Shown in pieces: positions 1 to 11,493 of a stretch of DNA of 33,264 nt. Below the pieces are notes generated by a model, which saw nothing but the letters and a program-made list of their open reading frames with translations, had not been told where the DNA came from and ran no database searches. Position 1 is the stretch's first letter. The number at the start of each line of letters is the position of its first letter. The stretch is taken from positions 1 to 33,264 of the forward strand of contig JAVECL010000244.1 in the NCBI GenBank assembly GCA_051942245.1, in the 5' to 3' direction. The stretch is from Trypethelium eluteriae. Lineage: Eukaryota. The position numbers and the translations under genes were made by a program.

Positions 1-1341
1 TTCTTGAGGAGGGTAGGTCGCGGTTGAATTTGGTTCGTGCTCGAGTCGGTGGTGGGTTTGGCGGTGTCGGATGTTGGGGCAATGGTGGTATGTTGCACGA
101 GAGGAGAGCCTTGCGGTTTATGACCACCTCGGGGGGCTTTGGTACCTCGTGGCGCGCGGGGCTGATTTTCTGTTTGCTTGTCTGTGGTTGGAGGTGGGTT
201 TGGAGGATTAGAAGGCTGTACACTTGTTGGAGAGGCCGCAGGAGGAGTTGCCGTTCGTCTAGGCCTTGGGTTTGCGCCTCCAAGACCCAAATCTCGCTGT
301 ACCATTTGCGCAGCGAGCCTTGCGTTGCCTCGTTCTCGTCTCCTCTCTGCTGCTGGTGCAGCAGGTGGTGTGACCGGTTTTGCGGGCGTGGTACCGTCTG
401 TAGAAGGCGAGCTTTGCTGGGTAGAATTGGATTCTTTGTTCAGCACCTTTACAGCTTCTTTTGCTGCCTTCTCCCTCTCAGCGCGCGAAGGCCGCCCTTG
501 TTTCCGGTCCGCTGACGCCGTCGTCTCCTTGGTGGCTTTCTGAGGTACCTTCTTGTCCACGGCCTTCTCAGCAGCACCTTCTTTGGAGCTCTGGCGCGAG
601 TGCTTAGCACTTTTGGTATTGGGTGCTTTGTCCTTCTTTGCCTTCATTTCGCGGAGGTGTTCAATCAGCGGTGTAGTCTTGATTTTGTCCTTTTCTGCGG
701 GGTTAGTGTCCACATTAGCATCGATCGGTGGAGGCTTTGCGATCGGGGAAGTAAGACTCTCGAGGAAAGAAATGAAGTCGGGATCTTGGTCAATTGTGCC
801 TTGACGGGCATCGCGGCGCACTCTGCCAGCTGGAATCCTGTTGTATGGGGCAAATTCCACTGAGGGCGGGCCGATGAAAGCGGCGTCCCTCGTTGTGTTT
901 TTGGCATCTTGGAAGCTCGTCAACCGCACTTTATCAGCAAGTGAGGCTAGATGAGGTTGGCCAGTGAGGTGAAGGTATGCACGCGAAGGTCGTGAGGGTT
1001 TGGCGAGACTAGTAAAAAGATGGTCAGACAAGAAGTCAGCCACAGTCCTACACAGGGTAGTCGTACTCCTTTGAGACTTTGCCAGGCCGATAATCCATCC
1101 AATCTACCCTTTCTCCGCCAAGCTTCCACTCATCACCCAGAGCTGCTTCGAATTCAGACGCTGTGAGGCCAGGGGGAAGTCGTCGAACAACAACTTTGAG
1201 TCGCGGCCCTTGGTCCTTCGCAGCTCGGCGAGAGGCATCTTTACCACCCGCATTCTTGTGAAGAGCAGACGCGGAAATGGGGAGTACGCCGCTGGCAGGG
1301 CCGGACTTTTTCGTAGGTGTTGACGCTGAGGCCGTGGCCAT
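1..1341 (-). CDS. UPF3: Nonsense-mediated decay factor UPF3/Smg-4 family; 3' end runs off the window start. Exons 1341-1067 and 1008-<1
   Basis: N-terminal RRM-like motif 'RLKVVVRRLPPGLT..EFE..LG'. After intron 1066-1009 (GTACGA...CTGAC...TAG) the frame reads 'DLAKPSRPSRAYLHL...PPSVEFAPYNRIP...DARQGTIDQDPDFISFLESL', typical of fungal UPF3. Confidence 0.9.
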
Positions 1342-1769
1342 CAGTATTGCACGCGATCGTGGAAAAAATCGGGAGAGGTCGTCCTCTGTCCAATGGCCGA
1401 TGCTCTAGCCCAGGGTCGTCAGTTTTTGGAGGGTCATTGTTGTGCGAAAGCCATGCGCCAGTGAGTGCAGGTGTGGATGGAGGGGTCGCCACGGTGCCAC
1501 TGTTGCTCAACCGCGGAGCTTCTCCCGTCCTCGAATCATCCACTAAGCAGGTACCAAAGAAATCCCGAATCGCTCAAACTCCGACCAAACAACGTCTCCG
1601 CTTTCAAAAGATTCCGCAAGGTCCATCGCTAAGACGTGATCCTGCAACTAATCCTTACGGCTGACCGCATTGGGTTGCGCTGATCACTCCTTATTCTCCG
1701 CTCATCGTCAGCATCTGTTCCGAGTCCTCTTCCATCCCACTTCAAAAAGCATATCAGTCACCGATCAAG

Positions 1770-3399
1770 ATGTCGAAAGAGGAGGAGATTCCTCAACCAG
1801 GTCCTGCAAGTATATCGCCTGGCGGAGGTCCCGACGAATGGCTCGAAGCAGCCAAAAGGTGCAAATACCTCCCGGAAGCCGATATGAAGCGTCTCTGTGA
1901 GATTTGCAAAGAACTCTTAATGGAAGGTCCGCGCAATCCCTCTCCCTCATCCACCGCTTTCATCCCCCCAACATAGAACCCCCAATCTTTCACTCCTCTC
2001 CTACCTTAGCCAAGCCTTCTCACCCCCTTAAACAGAATCCAACATCCAACCCGTCCGCAGCCCCGTCACCGTCTGCGGCGACATCCACGGCCAATTCTAC
2101 GACCTTCTCGAGCTCTTCCGCGTCGCCGGCGGCATCCCGAACGACGGTGCGTCCGCCGCTGTCTCCTCCTCGCCTCCTCCTGCCTCCGCCCCGAAAACCA
2201 AGACGATCAACATGGCCGACCTCGAGCCGCCGACCCAGATCAGCGACCCGCGCGCCCGGCGCAAGATGAAGCGCCGCTACCAGGCCGACAGCGCATACAC
2301 GAGCAGCGCGAGCGAGCGCAGCGGGTCGGCGAACTCTGGGACGAGCCCTGGGGGGACGAGCCCGGGGGATGAGGAGGAGGATGAGGAGGTGGATGAGTTT
2401 CTGGCGGAGGAGGAGGAGAATAGAGGGAGGAGTTTGAGTGTGAGGAGGGAGACGAGTCGGACGGAGAGTGATTCTGGGATTAATGTGTCGGAGAGGAATA
2501 CGAATCCCGCGATGGCGAATGGGATGCAGAATTTTATTTTCTTGGGCGATTTTGTGGATCGGGGGTACTTTAGTTTGGAGACGTTTACGTTGTTGATGTG
2601 TTTGAAGGCTAAGTATGTTATCGTGGATTTGGACGGCTTCGGCAGTTCTGGCTAACGACCTTACAGATTCCCTGACAAAGTTACGCTTGTCCGGGGGAAC
2701 CACGAGTCACGGCAAATAACTCAGGTTTATGGATTCTACGAGGAATGCCAGACCAAATACGGTAACGCTTCGGTTTGGAAATCTTGTTGTCAGGTATTCG
2801 ACTTTTTGGCCCTAGCAGCCATCGTTGATGGCAAGGTCCTGTGTGTGCACGGAGGATTAAGTCCAGAGATAAGGACTCTGGATCAAATCAGAGTCGTGGC
2901 AAGGGCACAAGAAATACCACATGAGGGCGCCTTTTGCGATCTCGTGTGGAGTGATCCAGAAGATGTTGATACGTGGGCTGTCTCGCCGAGAGGTGCAGGA
3001 TGGCTCTTTGGTGACAAGGTGTCTTCAGAGGTTGGTGTTGCATCCTGAATGATGACGAAGACTCAACTGACCTCGACTTTCTGCAGTTCAACCATGTGAA
3101 CGGGTTGCAATTAATAGCCAGAGCGCACCAGCTGGTAAATGAGGGCTACAAGGTCAGTCAATACACTCGCAACTCCCATCATCTGTCAGCAATTGACTTT
3201 CCTGCAGTATCATTTCAAAGATAAGGACGTTGTCACAGTATGGTCAGCTCCAAACTACTGTTACCGATGTGGGAATGTTGCATCCATCATGAACCTCGCA
3301 GAAGACCTGGACCCTAAATTCACCATCTTCAGTGCTGTGCCCGATTCAAAACGGGCGGTACCTTCAAGTAGAGGGACTCGTGCTGAGTACTTCTTATGA
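1770..3399 (+). CDS. SIT4: PP6/Sit4-type Ser/Thr phosphatase catalytic subunit. Exons 1770-1926, 2036-2612, 2667-3030, 3087-3152, 3208-3399
   Basis: Sit4-like N-terminus 'GPDEWLE..K.CKYL.E.DMK.LCE..KELLMEESNIQPV'. PPP motifs GDIHG, GDFVDRG, RGNHE, HGGLSP and [11 protein letters not shown] are present, with C-terminal YFL. Four GT-AG introns restore the frame. Confidence 0.93.
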
Positions 3400-3979
3400 T
3401 TCTACCAATGTACTCGTACGGCGTGAGTGCGGCAGCAATTGTATATATTTCCCCCAGGAGTGGTTTCTGTGGTCGCGCTGCTCATTGCATGCGTCGAGCT
3501 GGTCTGCAGATATTGTCATCGATCTGCAAGGATTCCGTCGTATTCCAATGTTGATCTAGCCATTCAAGTGCATAGATTTGCAGGAGCAAACTTGTATTAT
3601 AGCTTTCAAAAATAATATCATGACTTCACGATAGCTAAGAAACATTTTCGGATGGTGAAAACTGTGATGCTGCCCTATTTCATGGCCCAGTGCACTTACT
3701 CCGACATCTCAGAACGCGATTAGTAGGCTTCGTTTCGCTCACATCACATCATTCTCTTAGGTGGTTTACAGATAACCTATTGCTCACAGGACTAGCTATA
3801 TCTTATCTATGAGCTGTCCCTTGTACGCCTCGTTATCGCTATCTGATGTGAAGGTGGTGGAGGCACAGATGATAGTCGGGTAAATAATGCCCGCTAAACG
3901 AGAGATTCGTGGCTATCGCCTTGAACAATATAGTCGTGCGTTAGGAAAACTCCCAACTTAGCGCAGGCAAGATGGCCGA

Positions 3980-4029
3980 GTCAGTCAACACCATGCGATA
4001 TCCAGGCTAGGATATACTAACCTCACTAG
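3980..4029 (+). other. Spliceosomal-type intron 1 in tRNA-Leu (between A14 and G15, D-loop), 50 nt
   Basis: Donor GTCAGT (3980), perfect branch site TACTAAC (4015-4021), acceptor CTAG (ends 4029). Exact removal restores GCCGA|GTGG. GTCAGT donors are also required in mRNA introns in this window (3153+, 13312-, 17750+). Confidence 0.85.
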
Positions 4030-4053
4030 GTGGTCTAAGGCGTTACGTTTAGG

Positions 4054-4062
4054 CAACTAAAT
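4054..4062 (+). other. Canonical tRNA (endonuclease-type) intron at position 37/38, 9 nt
   Basis: CAACTAAAT starts one base 3' of the TAG anticodon. It contains CTAAA complementary to TTTAG, and its removal restores a 7-nt anticodon loop. Confidence 0.8.
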
Positions 4063-4086
4063 CCGTAATCTGAAAGGGCGTGGGTT

Positions 4087-4136
4087 GTGAGTGATTCTCT
4101 CTCATTGGGAGATTTCTTATGTTGACTTTATTACAG
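4087..4136 (+). other. Spliceosomal-type intron 2 in tRNA-Leu (between U55 and C56, T-loop), 50 nt
   Basis: Donor GTGAGT (4087), branch-like GTTGAC (4121-4126), T-rich tract, acceptor ACAG (ends 4136). Exact removal restores GGGTT|CGAATCCC. Confidence 0.85.
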
Positions 4137-4157
4137 CGAATCCCACTCTTGTCAATA

Positions 4158-4198
4158 TTTTTTTCCCTCCTACTTCCCTTTTTTTTTTTTTTTTTTTT
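4158..4198 (+). terminator. Pol III-type oligo(dT) terminator(s) downstream of the tRNA
   Basis: T7 at 4158-4164, starting 4 nt after the discriminator base, and T20 at 4179-4198. Confidence 0.7.
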
Positions 4199-4413
4199 GA
4201 GGTTCTCACTTGCTCTTGCATTTACTGCCCGTTCACCACTTTTGGTGTCCCTTTATCCGTCGAAGAAGTGACGATCTCCCATTGCGTCTTAGGTATCGAC
4301 TGTCTACTCTACCAAAATCAAGTCAGTACTACGGATGGTATTTCATTTCACATTTTGATTCATATTGTCGTCAGACCAGTGATTAGCTCGGTGTGTATTG
4401 CTATTGCCGAGAG

Positions 4414-7000
4414 CTACATGAGACAGCCATTTTTCCTACTTGAGTGTAAACCAGAAAGACCTATCCTGACCCTTTTATCTTTTACGACCACATATGCCTC
4501 TACCATCCAATCGTACCACACCCTGCGGTCGTCGGTAAGTCGCCAAATGCTGACATCAAGTTCTGAATCATCGGGTATATAGAGTGGATCCTTCAATGGA
4601 AAGAATATTGGGAACCAGCTAATCATCTCCTTGCTCTTTTCCTCCATAGTCACTGGATTGGTACTCAGCTCGACTTTCTTACTCGACTCATTGTCTGTCT
4701 TTTCGGTACTTTGGCCTTTGTACAAAACAGTCTCAAAGTACCCACCTAAACCATGACAAATCCCCCTTTTTTGGCAGGCAAACCGCAAGGTGGTAGATCG
4801 TGCATTGTGGTCATTTGCACCATCACCACCAGAGAAACCTCCGGCACCGCCACCGGCCACACTGCCGCCTTTCCTCATTTGGGACTGAATCAATGTGGAA
4901 TTCGGTTGAGGGTGGCGAAATTCCCAAGCTTGCTGGACATTGGGGGTGGGAAGCTCCATCTTCGAAGAATGGCCGTCAGTTAACGTTGGGTTCAAAGAGG
5001 ACAGATAATGCATTTGGTGGAGGAAGACGACGTATGGGACTTCCCAAGCATCCTTGTCTGAGACTGCTCGCCCCATGATATCTGCATGCAGTCTTGGACT
5101 CGCAATGGGTGTAAGATGCGCCGTATAGCTAGCGGGAATGCTGATTCCCGTCCCAGGATTGAGGACATGTTGCACACCATCCAAGCATTCGGGCGAGAGC
5201 TCATTATCTCCGAAGGAACCCAGTAGCTCCGACACCAGAATATCGACCTTGCCGATTTGTCCATCGGTGAGTACAGGACCCTGCCAGGATCGCATATCGG
5301 ATTTCACTATCTGCACTGCGTTTCCCCACATCCCCAAGTTATGTTTTTGAAGCAGCACGTACGCATTGGGATTCTTTTCTACAGCCCACACTGAGACCTT
5401 GACGTTTGTGGTTGCCGCAGCTCGTAAGGCTCGAGTAACCAGAGGACCCCGGCCGGCTCCGACAACTGCAATGATGATGCTACCGTCGGGTGACGATGCT
5501 GGTTTGCCGAACGGATGCCAATCCGCAAGGGCAAGAGCAATGGCGCGCTCGTACCACTCGTACTTGACTGGGTCCTTCTCGAACACCTCGTATGTGATAC
5601 TTTCTAAGTTGTCAGCCAGCGGTTGCAATGGAGATTGAAGATAATCCTGATATCCTCCTCCGAAGCGTTCGACCGTGGTCTTCACTGGCTGGTTTCTCTG
5701 AAGAAAGCGAATGTAGCTCAAGTGTGGTGTCGGATCTTTGTTCTTCTTTTTTGGTTGGGGGATAGCTGCCGCTTCAGCCGGAGTGAGATCAGATGACGTC
5801 GGCGAAGCGGACTTGCTGTTCTCTCGTGACATGTCTTCAGTCTTGGTTGGCGAAAGCATGCCGTCCGACATCGGAAATATCTCCTCCGGGTTATTCAGAC
5901 CGGGAATCGAGCCAACATCTGTAAGCAGTAACCAGGGACTAGTTCGTAGGCGCATGCAACGTCCTATGAAACCTTGAGCAAGCTTCGTGAGAACTGGATA
6001 GCCCTTTGCATTCTTGGCGAAGGATTCGGCAGTAAGTTCAAGCATTCGCAGAGGCTCAGCGAACCAACGCGATTGTACTGATACGTCAGGTAAATGCCGA
6101 GGAATAGATAGAGCTATGGTGAAGAGCTATATCAGTACTCATTCTAGCACTCTTGGGTAATCTAAGCGCGTTTGCATAGTGGATTCTGTCTTTTCTTTGC
6201 ACCCAGGCAAAGATGTGGGAAGCTCGCTAGGAAAATGGTTCCTTACCTAAGGAGAGTCTTCCATGGTAGTTACAAATGGTCCGAACAACATTCCAGGTGT
6301 CCCAGCTCCGATGTGCATCAAATGAAGACGATTTCCTCTTGGGCAAGCCGGTTAAGAAGTCTTCTCTAGCAAATGTTGCCAAACTCCCTACGGGTTCCGG
6401 TTCTTCTTCGTCTTTACTTTCCACCATTGGGAGGAGAATACTGAGGTGCAAATAGGGGCCTATATTTAGCCCTTCTAGTATAGCTTGCGCAAAATGAGTA
6501 ACTGAAGGCTCATGCGAAGCTCCACATCTGAATCTCGGACCTCGAATAAGGACCGACGTTGCGCCACAAAAGGCAGCGTAGGCGACTTCTAATTTAAACA
6601 CTTGTTGAGAGAGATTCGCAATCAACGGATCCGGAGAAGCGAGGTCTATCCAAGGTGCTGTGACAACGGGTTGCTGGGTGACATGCTCAGTAGGAGCCAG
6701 GAAAGTATCCAAAGGTGTTAGGGGTGGGATTAGAGGAAACGGAGTACAGTCAGCTTCCTCGGAATTTGTGGTAGCATTGTAGTTTGACAGAATGGAAAGT
6801 GTACGGGAATGAAATGATGGCGTGGTTACAGGGGTAGTGACCATGTCATACTGATGCTCCATTAGTTCACGTCTGGCGAGAGGTTGAAGAAGGAGACTTG
6901 CATTGCAGCTGTGAGCTTGGAGCACAACATCCTCAGTGACTGGAAGGGTGCGATTTGTCTCATGCTGGCCAACATAAAAAATGGGCATTTGCTCGTCCAT
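4414..7000 (-). CDS. HSL7: Protein arginine methyltransferase 5 (PRMT5/Skb1/Hsl7). Exons 7000-6902, 6850-6247, 6113-4414
   Basis: Motifs YQDYLQSPLQPLADNLESITYEVFEKDPVKY, VVGAGRGPLV, AVEKNPNA, DILVSELLGSFGDNELSPECLDG and MISWFPIFFPL. Intron 1 is GC-AG (6901-6851); intron 2 is GT-AG (6246-6114). Confidence 0.95.
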
Positions 7001-7488
7001 GGCGTAATGGTGCTGACACTTTGAAATTGACAGGATCTTGTCGATTTCTTCAGTCTACACTTTACGGTGTTGAAAGATCCAGAAGCGCAAAGAAGATATT
7101 TGGCTTGTGGCAACGCCCCATGGTGACGCAGCTCAGTTTGAAAAGTAGAATTCAGGCTTTGGGTTTGAATGCCTCCGAGCGGTATGTATTGGCACAGGGA
7201 TGCTCTGCAAGGCGCTCCGGACTAGGTGCTATGCAAGGCAACGCTCAAGCGCAGTAAATCTGCACTGATCCGATGCAGCGAATCCAAGATGACTAGGCTG
7301 TGAATGGGTAGAACTCAGATGCTTACCTTGAGATGTGTTGTGGATGGAGGAGGCTACGACGAGATGATCCAAAGTACGGAGTTCTAGCTAAGGTAAGGAT
7401 TATTTTAATTAAGGTAGGGTGGCAGGGTGGCAACCGTCGTCCAGGCCTAGGTAGACAGTTTGTGGGGGCACGTTGGCACTAGTCCAAA

Positions 7489-7522
7489 TACTCCGTAGCT
7501 TACTCCATAGCTTACTCCATAC
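7489..7522. repeat. Three tandem 12-bp units TACTCCRTAGCT in the PRMT5/PRP43 divergent promoter
   Basis: tactccgtagct / tactccatagct / tactccatac read directly from the sequence. Confidence 0.7.
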
Positions 7523-7626
7523 TGTAAGTTACGTGTGTACTCTGTACCCTGCCAAAATTTCGGTAACCAGACCACCGACACCACGACATTTCGCGGCCGC
7601 CACCTCTCACTTCACCCCTCCAAGCC

Positions 7627-10046
<2,420 letters not shown>

Positions 10047-10644
10047 AACATGGAAGTGGCTACGTATTGCAGAGGTAATCTCGGCACGATTCCATATGCC
10101 TCAAACACAGCAAAGGAATCCGGGCTCAATGGAAACCCCTGTTATGTATGATAGACGGCGACTTTGTATGCATCATGATGATGCTGCCTCGTAGATAGAA
10201 CAATAATTGCCGCTGCTGCGGACCACATAAATGACCTTCACCAGATGTATGATCCGTCGTGTCTCGCCTGGAATAAAGTCAAAGCGTCATCGCATCATTG
10301 CCTGAACCTGACTGAATATAGACGACGTTTGCTTTTGCATCAACTATAGGCGTCAGGCTCACATGGGAAGCGCAAGACGTATATGCTCGTGATGCTGTAT
10401 CGGTTTGCACGTTCAAGACGGAGTGCTAGGGCATGCCTCAAATCTTAGTGCATGAGTCTGATTGTACTGATGGGACCAGCTCGAAGTACTAATTGACTGG
10501 TCGTTCTGAGCCCAGCGGAGCTCGACCGATTTGATTTCATTTCAAAAGATACCTCAACACCTCGCTAAGAAGATAAATCCCATCCCATGGTATCATTTAG
10601 CTCATCCCATCATCTCCTCCCAAGTACGCCGTTCGAAATCTCGG

Positions 10645-11200
10645 TCACACTAGACATAGATTAGCAACGCTTCTCTAATACTGCTCGCCCCGCGCTGCCC
10701 CTTCCACTTGTCAGGCCAAGAAGTCGCCAACTCACCATTTAGATAATCCGCCGCCATCAGCAACTCCAGACATAGCTCCGGCGGAATGTCCATGTCCGGC
10801 ACGTCCCGCGCGTCCTTGTGCTTCTCATTATAGTAGAGGTACTCACAGACCTTCTCGAGCACCACCCCGTTGATCTCGCGCAGCTCGCATCGGTTCGTGA
10901 GGGCTTCGGAGAAGTTGTCTGCGGGAGAACGCAATCAGCCACCGTCATTTTTTGGAGAGGGTTCCCGTCGAGTGTGACTGGATATGAGATGGGAAGGAGG
11001 AAAGACAGAATGGTGGAGCAAAATGCCGAGTGGAGTGGAAATGGGAAAGTAAATGAAGACGATTAGTGGACGGTGGGTAGCTTACTTTTAGGGTCGAGCA
11101 TCCGGTTAATGGCGCCTGCGATGCGGGCTGCGGAGCGTTGGACCACGAATTCGAAGCCGTCGCTGGAAACGAGCGTGACGTAGTCGGTTAAATGGGACAT
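10645..11200 (-). CDS. ELC1: Elongin C. Exons 11200-11086, 10918-10736, 10649-10645
   Basis: Spliced product 'MSHLTDYVTLVSSDGFEFVV...VLEKVCEYLYYN...DIPPELCLELLMAADYLNV*' matches Skp1/BTB-fold Elongin C. Both introns have canonical signals. Confidence 0.93.
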
Positions 11201-11493
11201 CGTGATGCGTACGCTGCGAACCTTAGGCGAGGGATTGAGTCAGTCGTGTTTGACGGGAGCATTTGGAGGACAGAGAAAAACAAGCTAGTCCAGATCAGGC
11301 TAGGCATGAAGCTCTCTGTGTGTAAGGCGACCTCAGCTCAGTACTCTGTACCGTATGTAAATTCTTGGGTGTATACATCATGGCACCTATATATTACAAA
11401 ATCGAGAATTCTTCATATCAGAAATGAATAGGAAGGTGATCTCTTATACCCGACTTTAGCTTATCCATTTCAGGAAGGGCCCAAGCACATTTC

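Larger units (their letters stand above)
3966..4154 (+). tRNA. tRNA-Leu(UAG), four exons: 3966-3979, 4030-4053, 4063-4086, 4137-4154 (80-nt product before CCA)
   Basis: Joined exons give GGCAAGA TG GCC GAGTGGTCTAA GGC G TTACG TT TAG GC CGTAA TCTGAAAGGGC GTGGG TTCGAAT CCCAC TCTTGTC A. This has a 7-bp acceptor stem (one G-U), D-arm with GG, 5-bp anticodon stem, class II variable arm, perfect T-arm and A73 discriminator. Confidence 0.9.

Noticed and set aside
24..863. Several + strand ORFs
   Set aside because: Antisense shadows of UPF3 exon 2.
2020..2703. 227-aa minus-strand ORF
   Set aside because: Antisense to GC-rich SIT4 exon 2, with no recognisable motifs.
3600..3960. Possible C/D snoRNA or spliced non-coding leader upstream of the tRNA
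   Set aside because: Only scattered TGATG/CTGA and weak, too-short GT...AG segments; no coherent box pair or terminal stem.
3980..4136. Interpretation of the tRNA inserts as BHB-type non-canonical introns or transposon footprints
   Set aside because: I saw no bulge-helix-bulge at the junctions and no terminal repeats or convincing target duplications, whereas both inserts have donor, branch and acceptor signals at the exact boundaries.
4091..4582. 163-aa + strand ORF with poly-Phe
   Set aside because: It starts at GTG inside the tRNA intron, reads through the T20 tract and overlaps PRMT5 antisense; spurious.
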